The notes beneath the pieces are model-generated. The model ran no database searches. It was given only the letters and a program-made list of their open reading frames with translations, and was not told where the DNA came from. The position numbers and the translations under genes were made by a program. Below, one piece after another: positions 1-9,337 of a stretch of 64,000 bases of DNA. Location of the stretch: contig CAZWDO010000009.1 of NCBI GenBank assembly GCA_964632485.1, forward strand, positions 76,850 to 140,849. Direction: 5' to 3'. Numbering within the stretch: the first letter of the stretch is position 1; every line of letters starts with the position of its first letter. The DNA is from an uncultured bacterium (GTDB taxonomy: Bacteria > JAGOEH01).

Positions 1-1
1 T

Positions 2-1618
2 TTTAACCTGCTTGCGGATTGCTGGATTATGGATGCGGCTTCCCGTGAAGTCATTTGGCAAGTGCCAATTTTAAAACTCAAACCGATTGAAGGCACCCGG
101 AACAGTTATGAATATCAGACTCGAATTGACATTGATACGGGTTACTACTATTGTATATTTGTGCGTAATCATTCATTTTCAGATATAGTTTCCAGTATCG
201 ATGAGTTTCGTATCCTGATCAATGAATTTGTGGTTAAAATTATCCAGGGAGATGGCGGTACAAAAGCTGAAAAAGATAGCTGGTGGGCGGAGATTACTTT
301 TGATTCGGACAAGGTCTCTGAAACGTCAGATCCCGATATATTTAGGCATTCCCCCTGGAAGGTTAGTTTAAATCAACTGAAAGATGATGAGTACCGAAAA
401 AGCTCATTTACGATAAATAAACCGGGAGAAAAAGGGGTTGTCATACAGATCTATGCCCAGGGGGAAGGCAATCGCGCAGAGCGGATGATGTATGATTATG
501 GATGGTTATCGAACTCACGGGGAGAAAAAGTGTGGGATTTTTCAACGGAAACGGTGCGCCATGCCGGCGGAGCCAAAAAGAATATATGTTATAAGGGCCA
601 GCTTTTTTTACCCAATGATAATTATACGCTGGTGTGGATTACGGACGATTCTCATTCATTCGATAATTGGAATGAGTCTCCGCCTTTGGATGCTCTTTTT
701 TGGGGAGTGGCCATCCGGCCGCGCACAGATGCCGATACGGCCTATTGGAAATCAATGGACCCTCCCAGTGAAGATATGTCAATACTGATTGAAATGACTA
801 AAGTGGGAAGTGATCAGCTCCTCAGTCGTGATTTTATTTTAGATAAACCAGCCCTGATCCGTATCGTTGCCCTGGGAGAATATAGTTTCGCTTCGCGGGA
901 AATGGTCGATTACGGTTGGATTATCCAAAAAAAAACGCATTCAAAAATTTGGCAAATGGATTATGACAATACGGTTTTTGCGGGAGGGAGTCGCAAAAAT
1001 CGGGGTTTTGACGATGCAATCCGCCTCGATGCAGGGGAATATACGCTTTATTATGTTACGGATGATTCTCATGCCTGGAATAACTGGAACGATCAAAAAC
1101 CTAAGAATTCCGAACGGTATGGGATTACTCTTTATCGGATGAATCTGGAAATGCCGCCCTCACAGCCGGAAAAACCTCAAACTCCACTGGTTCCCCTTCC
1201 CCCGGAGAAGAAGATTTCTGAACCCGAGGGTCCGGCGGATAAATCTGATGTTCCATTGATAGCCATTCAAAAAGTTGGGTCCGATCAACTGATACAAAAG
1301 GAATTTACCTTAAACCGTCCGAGTAAACTTGAAATCTATTGCCTGGGAGAAGGTAAATATGGCATGATGTATGATTATGGATGGATTGTTGATAATACGA
1401 CTGGTAAAGTTATTTGGAAAATGCTTTATGAAAATAGCGCTCCTGCAGGTGGATCTCAAAAGAATCGTCGGTGTACGGATACGATCATTCTGGAAAAAGG
1501 ACGATACCGGGTTTATTATATTACCGATGATAGCCATGCCTATCATGATTGGAATGAAAAACCTCCGAATGATCCATTCAACTGGGGAATACAGATCAAA
1601 TTACTCGAAACGTATTGA
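2..1618 (+). CDS. Repeat-domain hypothetical protein, 5'-truncated by the window edge
   Basis: Frame is open from base 2. Three ~120-aa repeats with DYGW..VW/IW..AGG..KN..Y.L/V..TDDSH..WN..P; Pro-rich linker before the last repeat. Confidence 0.8.
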   Translation, partial: FNLLADCWIMDAASREVIWQVPILKLKPIEGTRNSYEYQTRIDIDTGYYYCIFVRNHSFSDIVSSIDEFRILINEFVVKIIQGDGGTKAEKDSWWAEITFDSDKVSETSDPDIFRHSPWKVSLNQLKDDEYRKSSFTINKPGEKGVVIQIYAQGEGNRAERMMYDYGWLSNSRGEKVWDFSTETVRHAGGAKKNICYKGQLFLPNDNYTLVWITDDSHSFDNWNESPPLDALFWGVAIRPRTDADTAYWKSMDPPSEDMSILIEMTKVGSDQLLSRDFILDKPALIRIVALGEYSFASREMVDYGWIIQKKTHSKIWQMDYDNTVFAGGSRKNRGFDDAIRLDAGEYTLYYVTDDSHAWNNWNDQKPKNSERYGITLYRMNLEMPPSQPEKPQTPLVPLPPEKKISEPEGPADKSDVPLIAIQKVGSDQLIQKEFTLNRPSKLEIYCLGEGKYGMMYDYGWIVDNTTGKVIWKMLYENSAPAGGSQKNRRCTDTIILEKGRYRVYYITDDSHAYHDWNEKPPNDPFNWGIQIKLLETY

Positions 1619-1786
1619 ACTTTGGGTATTTATCGAATTTGCTCTTCGGGGATTAATAGATAGCTCCGTTTTATAGAGCCCTATCAGTTTCTTTAGACCA
1701 GTTATTTCCGGGGAAATGAGTCGGGCCACAAATTCCACAGTCGTTGAAAGATAAAGAGGATGGTAATTCCTAAAATATTTCCAATA

Positions 1787-3157
1787 TTAACTTTGTAATT
1801 TTAGATATTCGGGGAGGATATCCCAATACGCAGCAGGGTTCAGCAGTGGTTTGCGTCGATCAATATCCAATCCCGTGCCCTTGATTTTAATATCATTGAT
1901 ATTGATAGGCTCGGATTTGGCCGTCATCGGGGTTCCATGGCGATCGGTAAAAGGAAGGACAATCGGCCCCTGGCTATCAATAATATAACCTAATTGACCA
2001 TTTTGCAATTGCACTATACTTCCGGTCGGATAAACGCCGACAGTTTTAATGAAGGCGTGCAGAATTAGTTGCAAAAACGGGTCCTTATTCGCATATTTAC
2101 GGACAATATCAGTTACTACGACAACCGGATTGATTGCTTCTTTGTAAGACCTTTTTGAAGTCATAGCATCAAAAATATCTGCCAATTTACAGATTTTGAC
2201 GTAGGGCGGAATTTCAATAGGAACTCGTTCCTGTGGATAGGTGTTCGGTTCATTCTGGAAGAGATTGGCGTGATGATATCGTATGATATTCTGAACGAAA
2301 TAGTTTTCAATATGGCTTTTTTTTAGGATGATCGCCCCTTTTTCGTAACTATGCGTCTTGACCAGGCTGTATTCTTCCTCCGACAGTTTGCCCTGTTTAT
2401 TCAGTATTTCTTCCGGTAAGAGTACTTTCCCCATGTCATGCAAAAAAAAACCCAACGCCATTTCTTTCATTTCATCAGGCTGATAGTGGACATAGCAGTT
2501 TGGCGTGTCCGAATTAGTAATATTATTCTCAATCATTGAATTATTTAATTGCTGGTTTACCATTTGGCTGAACTGCTCATTGAATTTCTTTAAAATAGCA
2601 ATGCCAAATGTACAAACATTCACTGAGTGATTATAGAGATAATCATCGAAAGTAAATAATTCCCGCGCCAAATATGTGAATGAGCTTTCATTCCGCTCAA
2701 GAAAGGTAAAGACTTCAGTGACCGATTCCTCAACAGTATCGACTTCGATTACGCCATCATTCTGTTTGATGGAATCCAAGGCGTTACGAATATTTTCCTT
2801 GGCTTTAGTATGAAGAGCCGAAGCCTCTCTTTTTAATTCATTAATTTCCTTAACTTTGCGTTCAACCTCTGTAAGCGTATATTTTTTCTCGGATCCGGAA
2901 GAATCCGTGTTAACGCTTTTTACTAGAACTTTACGTCCGTTTTTATCCCAAATTCCACCTTGGTTTTTAGGGTCCACGGGAATAAATTGGATCCCATTTT
3001 GCTTTAATGTGAGTAGAATACTAACATTGCGAATGAGCACATCTTTTTCGATGAGAAGAATGTTTTTACTATTGAAAACATCTACCCCGGTTTTTATCGC
3101 TCCACCTTCGCTGACAACTTCTATCAGTCGATCAATATCCATTACTTGGCTTTTCAT
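1787..3157 (-). CDS. HD-GYP family phosphodiesterase
   Basis: HSVNV, LHDMGK, HH and ADIFDAMTSKRSYK motifs; the GYP position reads TYP. Confidence 0.85.
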   Translation of the reverse strand: MKSQVMDIDRLIEVVSEGGAIKTGVDVFNSKNILLIEKDVLIRNVSILLTLKQNGIQFIPVDPKNQGGIWDKNGRKVLVKSVNTDSSGSEKKYTLTEVERKVKEINELKREASALHTKAKENIRNALDSIKQNDGVIEVDTVEESVTEVFTFLERNESSFTYLARELFTFDDYLYNHSVNVCTFGIAILKKFNEQFSQMVNQQLNNSMIENNITNSDTPNCYVHYQPDEMKEMALGFFLHDMGKVLLPEEILNKQGKLSEEEYSLVKTHSYEKGAIILKKSHIENYFVQNIIRYHHANLFQNEPNTYPQERVPIEIPPYVKICKLADIFDAMTSKRSYKEAINPVVVVTDIVRKYANKDPFLQLILHAFIKTVGVYPTGSIVQLQNGQLGYIIDSQGPIVLPFTDRHGTPMTAKSEPININDIKIKGTGLDIDRRKPLLNPAAYWDILPEYLKLQS

Positions 3158-3196
3158 TACCCTTTCCTCCGTATTAAATACTCCCCATTTTTTTTG

Positions 3197-4348
3197 CTAT
3201 AATTTTTCTTTTAAGCATATTATAAAAGCGGGGATTTGTGAATTATCAGTGATGACTCCCTGTAACAAACTCTCGCTCCCTCCACCTTTCCAATCCATTT
3301 GTTGAACGAGTTCAGCCAGGTTGATATGATAATTGATTGATGAGGCTAGCACAAAATGTCCCTCGTTGTTATAAATAAAAACTAACAAATTCTGTTTTTC
3401 AATAAGATACTGGGCAGTCAAGCGCAACATTTCCGCGCTGACGTCATTTTTTTTGGTTAATAAGCGGTATTTTTTTACTGGTTCTGCTTCGTGATAGAGA
3501 ATTTCTGCCAAGTAACCGGCCATTTTGCGTTTATGTTCATCAATTTCTTTTTTTAACAAAGAGGAATCTCCGGTCAGACGAGAAATTTCCGCTTCGATAT
3601 TTTCAACAGGGACGGAGAGAATTTGCACCAAGCGGTGAAGAATGCGGTGTTCAAAGGCGAAAAGATTTAAAGCTCGTTTACCGAATACAAAGGAAATCCG
3701 ATATCCGCCTTTATAAGCTTCCACTCTCGTGATTTTTAGCAGTTGCAATTCTGAGGTGTTACGGAGATGAGTCCCTCCGCATGGAGTTGCATCCAAATCG
3801 CCAATGCTGACAACGCGAATATTTTGTTGCATTTTGGGCGGTTTTCGTAAATGGATTTGACCGAGCTCGTCTAAATTGTTGTAGAAAACGGTTGCAATCG
3901 GTTGCGCGTTGAGTATGGCTTTGTTGACCATATCTTCAATTTCGTCTATATTGATTGGAAATGCGGATTGAACGTCAATGGTCGACTCATTCATTCCCAT
4001 GTGAAAACTTTTAGTGTAAATCTGATAATACACATCCAAAATTCCGGAAATCAGGTGTTGGCCACTATGCTGTTGCATAAAATCAAAGCGCCGCTCCCAA
4101 TCGATTGCGCACTTAACAGATTCGCCGGGCTGAAAAGGGGCGTTATCCTCCAAAAAATGAATTACTTTATGATCTTCGTCAAGGCAGACATTCACAACAG
4201 AGAGCCCATTTATTGTGCCTGTATCACATAATTGCCCACCTGAAGCGGGATAAAAGTAAGTATCCTCTAAATATATCTTGTTACCGCATATTTTTTCAAT
4301 AACCGTTTCAAATTCAGTAACATATGAGTTTTCGTAATACCGTTTCAT
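3197..4348 (-). CDS. AlaX-like alanyl-tRNA editing protein with C-terminal DHHA1 domain
   Basis: FYPASGGQLCDTG, QQHSGQHL (HxxxH) and CGGTH zinc motifs; C-terminal GGG. Confidence 0.9.
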   Translation of the reverse strand: MKRYYENSYVTEFETVIEKICGNKIYLEDTYFYPASGGQLCDTGTINGLSVVNVCLDEDHKVIHFLEDNAPFQPGESVKCAIDWERRFDFMQQHSGQHLISGILDVYYQIYTKSFHMGMNESTIDVQSAFPINIDEIEDMVNKAILNAQPIATVFYNNLDELGQIHLRKPPKMQQNIRVVSIGDLDATPCGGTHLRNTSELQLLKITRVEAYKGGYRISFVFGKRALNLFAFEHRILHRLVQILSVPVENIEAEISRLTGDSSLLKKEIDEHKRKMAGYLAEILYHEAEPVKKYRLLTKKNDVSAEMLRLTAQYLIEKQNLLVFIYNNEGHFVLASSINYHINLAELVQQMDWKGGGSESLLQGVITDNSQIPAFIICLKEKL

Positions 4349-4361
4349 TTCACTCGTTTCT

Positions 4362-4814
4362 TTATTGAGTCAGATTGCTATCGCTTGAACTCCGCCATCG
4401 GTACGGGATCTTTTTTAAATCAGTTTTAGTGCCTTTTACTGCCGCGGCGGATTGAACGGTCAATTCGATTTTTTTGTCTCCCTGGCGCGGGCTTGGTATT
4501 TTATTAAACACTGATTGTAGCTCATTGCTGGTATATTTACTGTCGTCAGAAAGTAACCGACCCAACATTCCCTGGAAAGGTCCTGGAATAACGACATCAC
4601 CTTCGTCGGAGCGAACGGTCAAACGGGAATTTTGACCAATACATAACATTGTCTCTAACTGAAGTTCCGATTCTTCAGTAACTTTTTCCCAAATTTGTGA
4701 GTTACTATTATAAAGCGTAACATCGCCTCTTATCTGACGTATAGAAAACGCCTGAACAGAGATCGCAAAGAGCGCGATCATAATGAGAGCAAGTATAACT
4801 AAACGTGGTTTCAT
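4362..4814 (-). CDS. Secreted hypothetical protein, weakly FecR-like
   Basis: Signal peptide MKPRLVILALIMIALFAISVQA; AAAVKGT motif; GGAGG RBS. Confidence 0.6.
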   Translation of the reverse strand: MKPRLVILALIMIALFAISVQAFSIRQIRGDVTLYNSNSQIWEKVTEESELQLETMLCIGQNSRLTVRSDEGDVVIPGPFQGMLGRLLSDDSKYTSNELQSVFNKIPSPRQGDKKIELTVQSAAAVKGTKTDLKKIPYRWRSSSDSNLTQ

Positions 4815-4873
4815 TGGATTTCCTCCTTCTTTTCAGTTAAAATATAATCTTTTTTTACAAAAAGTCAATATTT

Positions 4874-4981
4874 TTATTTCATCGTTAAAAAAAATTTCCT
4901 CACAGCCTTATTGGCAAAATAAGAAGCTAAAATTGTGCCGCTGGCCGTCATGAACCCAAGCAGTACGACTAAAATAAACAT
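4874..4981 (-). CDS. Small hydrophobic peptide, 35 aa (MFILVVLLGFMTASGTILASYFANKAVRKFFLTMK)
   Basis: Hand-translated; AAGGAG RBS 7 nt before ATG; one hydrophobic segment plus basic tail; below the ORF-track cutoff. Confidence 0.55.
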   Translation of the reverse strand: MFILVVLLGFMTASGTILASYFANKAVRKFFLTMK

Positions 4982-5025
4982 TTTCTTTCTCCTTTCTGGT
5001 TCCACTTTTTTACACTTATATTTAT

Positions 5026-5042
5026 TGCATCTTTTGTGCCAA
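5026..5042 (-). promoter_or_regulatory. Putative sigma54 (-24/-12) promoter
   Basis: Minus strand reads TTGGCAC-AAAAG-ATGCA (GG-N10-GC), ~45 nt upstream of the small ORF start. Confidence 0.55.
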
Positions 5043-5083
5043 AAAAGAGAATAATTATTGATCTAATGTTTAATAAGCAATTA

Positions 5084-5590
5084 TTAAGGATTTGAGGCTA
5101 CATAAACGGGAAAATCGGTGACTTTTATGCGCGCCAAAGCCTCTGGCCCCAGTTCCGGGAACTCCACTACTTCCATAGAAGTGATCGATTTCGCCAGCAA
5201 GGCGCCTGCTCCGCCNNNNNNNNNNATCAAGTATATAGCCCCATGAGCGGCAATGGCTTGAAGAACAAATTGTGAGCGAGGCCCTTTGCCGATCAACACT
5301 TTGATTCCCATATCCAAAATTGCTGGCGTGAAAGGATCCATCCGGGATGAAGTGGTAGGCCCAGCCGATCCGATAACCTTTCCCGGGGGAGTCGGTGTTG
5401 GCCCACAATAGTAGATGCCCCCGCCTTCAAATCCCAATTTAATAAGCTGTTGAGTCGATTTCGTCTCAGTGAGACGTCGATGGACCATATCCCGCGCTAT
5501 CCAGAGTTCTCCCTGGATCAACAGCTTTGAGCCAGGGGCGAACTCAAGCCGCGCGCCTGCCGCCACCGGCAGTGTTAATTTCTCAATCAT
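5084..5590 (-). CDS. Fe-S hydro-lyase (class I fumarase/tartrate dehydratase) beta subunit
   Basis: ARDMVH, IYYCGPTP, GSAGPTTSSRMDPF, IGKG and ELGPEA motifs; spans the N gap at 5216-5225. Confidence 0.9.
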   Translation of the reverse strand: MIEKLTLPVAAGARLEFAPGSKLLIQGELWIARDMVHRRLTETKSTQQLIKLGFEGGGIYYCGPTPTPPGKVIGSAGPTTSSRMDPFTPAILDMGIKVLIGKGPRSQFVLQAIAAHGAIYLXXXXGGAGALLAKSITSMEVVEFPELGPEALARIKVTDFPVYVASNP

Positions 5591-6347
5591 ATTTCCATCC
5601 TCTCTCCTCTTTTACAATATGAATGACTTCTTTGAGGTCTTGTTTTTCACTATCCGACAGTTGATAGCGTTGGGATATAGTGTCGGTATTAATAATTGCG
5701 TCGAAAATATAAGGTTTCGCTTGTAAAAGTTTTCCGGTTTTGTTTAGTTTACGTTGAATATTGAGTATCATCCGATCGGCATAGAACCCAAAACCCATTT
5801 TAAGTAAGGCAGTCAACATAATCCGAGCCATCCGCTCATTGGGATAGACATATATCTCGGCGGTAAAGGCAGTTCGCAACAAAGGCGCTGGACGATAATG
5901 AACCAGCATGCTTCCTTTGAGTGGGTAGTCGTGAAATAGAAAGCGCGCGGTTCCTTCAGCGTAAAACCAATATGTTGCGCTATCCTGGAATAAATAATAG
6001 AGGTCGCCTCTCAAGCCGATGCTGTCGGTTGCATAGTAATGAAAGGGTTTATCGAGGAGGCGAATAGCGTAATTGTTTTTTCCGCTCATGTTAATCACTT
6101 TTGCCGCTAAAGGCAAATTTTTACTTAATCTGGCTAAAACGCGCGCGCTGACTTCTAATGTATCGTTGATTTCACGTTTCAAACATGCGCTATGGGTCAG
6201 AAAATCAATTTGCTCGATAAAATAAGATTGCTCTGATAGCGGAATTAAGCTACTTTTTTTGATTAAATCATTATAATCTGTAAGAAAAAGTGATCCTAAA
6301 ACTGCGGTAACGCAAATTATTAAAAAGAGTATTGCATTTTTCTTCAT
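5583..6347 (-). CDS. Exported hypothetical protein
   Basis: 254-aa ORF with N-terminal signal/TM segment; overlaps the next gene. Confidence 0.6.
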   Translation of the reverse strand: MKKNAILFLIICVTAVLGSLFLTDYNDLIKKSSLIPLSEQSYFIEQIDFLTHSACLKREINDTLEVSARVLARLSKNLPLAAKVINMSGKNNYAIRLLDKPFHYYATDSIGLRGDLYYLFQDSATYWFYAEGTARFLFHDYPLKGSMLVHYRPAPLLRTAFTAEIYVYPNERMARIMLTALLKMGFGFYADRMILNIQRKLNKTGKLLQAKPYIFDAIINTDTISQRYQLSDSEKQDLKEVIHIVKEERGWKYD

Positions 6348-6385
6348 TTTGTGTTATCCTCTGGTAAACTAATTAAGGAACTATT

Positions 6386-7075
6386 ATGGTGCATTACTGG
6401 CGGAAAAAGACCGACTCTCTACGGTCATTCATCGAACTGCTGGAACCGTATCTGACGCTGCGGCGAAGGGAACGAATCGAAACGGTTTTGGATCAACGGA
6501 AAAGGCAGACCCTCATGGTGCTGGATTCTCTATTGGATGTTCATAATATCAGCGCCATTACCCGTACCTGTGAAGGTTTGGGTCTGACCGATTTGTTTAT
6601 CATCCCTTCGATTTTTGAAAAGAACCATCATCGTCGCTCCGTGTCCCGTAATACGCAAGATTGGCTGAATGTGCAAACCATGCAGAATCCCGGGTTCGAA
6701 TTGAACCGGTTACGGGAAATGGGGTATTCCCTTTGGGTCGCGCACTGTGACGCTAATAGCCGCAATTTATTTGAATTGCCTGTTCCTGAAAAGCTGGTTT
6801 TGATCATGGGTAGTGAACACGATGGTCCGTCCAGTACCGTATTGGAATTGGTTGATCAAACCGTCCGCTATCCGATTTCAGGGTTTACTGAAAGTTTTAA
6901 TGTTTCAGTTGCCGCGGCGCTGTTTCTTTCCTATATCCTTGAACGCCAACCCTGGCTTCCGCTAAGTCCGGAAGAGCGGTTGGAACTTACTTTTCAATAT
7001 TATTATCATTCAGTTCCGTTTGCGGAGCGTTTATTAAAGGCATCTTTTCCCAATCTTAGTGGAAAAAATCCATAA
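6386..7075 (+). CDS. trmH: SpoU/TrmH family tRNA 2'-O-methyltransferase
   Basis: HNISAITRTCEGLG, MGSEHDG and GFTESFNVSVAAA SPOUT motifs. Confidence 0.85.
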   Translation: MVHYWRKKTDSLRSFIELLEPYLTLRRRERIETVLDQRKRQTLMVLDSLLDVHNISAITRTCEGLGLTDLFIIPSIFEKNHHRRSVSRNTQDWLNVQTMQNPGFELNRLREMGYSLWVAHCDANSRNLFELPVPEKLVLIMGSEHDGPSSTVLELVDQTVRYPISGFTESFNVSVAAALFLSYILERQPWLPLSPEERLELTFQYYYHSVPFAERLLKASFPNLSGKNP

Positions 7076-7156
7076 AGAATCCCATCCCGGCTAATTCTGG
7101 GTGGTTTCATTTTGCGGTAATTAAATGCTCTTCAGCAGCAAAAACGGGTAAAGGAA

Positions 7157-8542
7157 TCATTCACTGGACGATTGGATTTTATCCGGAAAATATTTGTTGA
7201 TTTTAATATATAAATTGCTTCTTTGCATCCCCAGGTCCTGCGCTGCGCGGGAAACATGCCAATTATTTCTATCTAGGTGATACAATAGATATTCTTTTTC
7301 CGATTCGTCTCGGAACCCCTGGAAGCTATGGATTTCACATAAGCGGCTCCATTTATCGTGGGCAGAGGGGAGGCCGCGGATAGGATCCAGGATTAACTGG
7401 TTAGCTGTTATCAGTGAGTGACGGCAAAGAATCACAGCCCGTTCAATCACATTGCGCAGTTCCCGAATATTGCCATACCAGGGCTGCCGTAATAATAGCG
7501 TCATGGCTTCTTCGTCGAGCTCTTTCAAACTCATGTTTTCCCGGTCACAAAATTGCCGAATAAAATAATCTACTAATAATGGAATATCATCGCGTCGTTC
7601 TCGTAAGGGAGGGAGATGAATCGGCACGACATTTAATCGGAAATATAAATCTTCGCGGAATCGACGCTGGTATATTTCCTGTGAAAGCTCCTTGTTAGTA
7701 GCTGAGATGATGCGAACGTTAACATTGATGGTCTCTTTCCCGCCAATTCGCTGGATCACGCCTTCTTCAATCGCTTTAAGGGTTTTCGCCTGGGCAGATA
7801 GCGCCATATCGCCGACTTCATCAAAAAATAAGGTTCCCTTGTCAGCGTGTTCAAATTTTCCTATTTGACGTTGATGCGCGCCGGTAAAACTTCCCTTTTC
7901 ATGGCCAAACAGTTCACTTTCAATCAATTCTCCGGGAATGGCTGCACAGTTCAGTTCGATAAAGGCTTGTTCGGCGCGTTTACTCAATCGGTGAATGCGT
8001 CGCGCCACCAGTTCTTTTCCACTGCCATTCTCACCTGTGATTAAAACCCGGGCCTCAGTAGGAGCTACTTGATCAACGATCTCTAAAATTTTCTGCATGG
8101 CGGAACTGTTTCCAATGATTGTGTATTTTTGCTCCAACTGTGCTTGAAATCCAGCATTTTCCTTTAATAACTCACTTTGTTGCAATGCATTACGCAAAAC
8201 AATCAGTACGCGGTCCCGATCGAGGGGTTTTTCTAAAAAATCGTAGGCCCCACTGCGTACGGCTGAAATTGCCATATCTACCGATGCCACACCCGACATC
8301 ATGACGACTGGTAACTGGGGAAACAGTTTCCGCAACTGATTGAGACACGTCAACCCATCCATCCCCTCCATTCGGATATCAAGCATGACGGCATCGATGC
8401 TTTCGCTATCGGCTATTTGCAGGCCTTGCATAGCATGATTAGCTGTCAATACACGATAGCCGGCAAATTCAAGAACCATACGCACGCTATCCAGTATGGT
8501 CTGCTCGTCATCGACGACCAGTATTGTTTTATATTTCATCAC
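7157..8542 (-). CDS. Sigma54-dependent response regulator (NtrC/NtrX family)
   Basis: REC domain (DDE, LDIRM), Walker A GENGSGKE, ESELFGHEKGSFTGA, RFREDLYFRLNV, C-terminal Fis-type HTH. Confidence 0.93.
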   Translation of the reverse strand: MMKYKTILVVDDEQTILDSVRMVLEFAGYRVLTANHAMQGLQIADSESIDAVMLDIRMEGMDGLTCLNQLRKLFPQLPVVMMSGVASVDMAISAVRSGAYDFLEKPLDRDRVLIVLRNALQQSELLKENAGFQAQLEQKYTIIGNSSAMQKILEIVDQVAPTEARVLITGENGSGKELVARRIHRLSKRAEQAFIELNCAAIPGELIESELFGHEKGSFTGAHQRQIGKFEHADKGTLFFDEVGDMALSAQAKTLKAIEEGVIQRIGGKETINVNVRIISATNKELSQEIYQRRFREDLYFRLNVVPIHLPPLRERRDDIPLLVDYFIRQFCDRENMSLKELDEEAMTLLLRQPWYGNIRELRNVIERAVILCRHSLITANQLILDPIRGLPSAHDKWSRLCEIHSFQGFRDESEKEYLLYHLDRNNWHVSRAAQDLGMQRSNLYIKINKYFPDKIQSSSE

Positions 8543-8935
8543 GCTTCCTCGTTAAATTGCATATTGGCTAATTGTAAATCCAATGAGCGTCTCTTAGTTT
8601 AAACTTATCCATAGTATGATATTTTTTTTAAAAAAAGTCAAGCTCTTTTCCAGAATGTTATAAATTCTGTTTGCCACTTTTTAAAAGAATCTTCTACATT
8701 GATTGCTTTTTTGTTTTAGTGTGGGTGTCAATTCTGGGCAATATCTCTGCTGCCTGAAAAACCTATATCTATTTTTAAGCGTATAAATTTTAAATCATCA
8801 GTGGGAAGAATAAAAAAACTAATTCATTGCTAAATCGAACGTTTACTTTTAATGGATTACAAATATGTCTTGTGAAATGAAACAAAATAACTCAACTTTT
8901 ATTTCAGAAACTTTTAGTAGTGATTGGTTTTGGAA

Positions 8936-9025
8936 CGGAGAGGCAGGGATTCGAACCCTGGATAAGGCTTTTGACCCTATAACCGCTTAGCAGGCGGTTG
9001 CCTTCAGCCACTCGGCCACCTCTCC
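8936..9025 (-). tRNA. tRNA-Ser (GCT)
   Basis: Minus strand GGAGAGG...CCTCTCC-G acceptor, anticodon loop CTGCTAA, long variable arm, TTCGAAT T-loop; CCA not encoded. Confidence 0.95.
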
Positions 9026-9037
9026 TGACTACCCTAA

Positions 9038-9120
9038 CGGAGGAAGAGGGATTCGAACCCCCAAGGGCAGAGCCCGGTGGATTTCAAGTCCACTGCCTTA
9101 CCAGTTAGGACTATTCCTCC
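9038..9120 (-). tRNA. tRNA-Ser (TGA)
   Basis: GGAGGAA...TTCCTCC-G acceptor, GTGGA-CTTGAAA-TCCAC anticodon arm, variable arm, TTCGAAT; CCA not encoded. Confidence 0.95.
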
Positions 9121-9129
9121 AGACAGCTC

Positions 9130-9158
9130 AATATAATCATTTATCGGTTTTAAGTCAA
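9130..9158 (-). promoter_or_regulatory. Sigma70-type promoter for the tRNA-Ser pair
   Basis: TTGACT-17 nt-TATATT on the minus strand, ending ~10 nt before the first tRNA. Confidence 0.65.
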
Positions 9159-9337
9159 GTCATTTTTTATCATTTCTCTCAAGAAAATATTTTATATTAT
9201 CATCCAGGTTAATAGTTGAGGGTATTTTCGCTTAATTTAAGTTGATTTCTACTTGACTTCAATCTAAAATTAAGTTATATATTATAAGCTAGAATGTGTC
9301 ATAAAAAACAACCTGTTGACAGATAAAAGGAGACGAC

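Noticed and set aside
9038-9120. Possible tRNA-Sec or suppressor because TCA appears on the plus strand
   Set aside because: The gene is on the minus strand, with anticodon TGA (Ser) and a normal 7-bp acceptor stem.
8936-9120. tRNA pair as an integration site
   Set aside because: No integrase nearby and no duplicated tRNA 3' end was seen.
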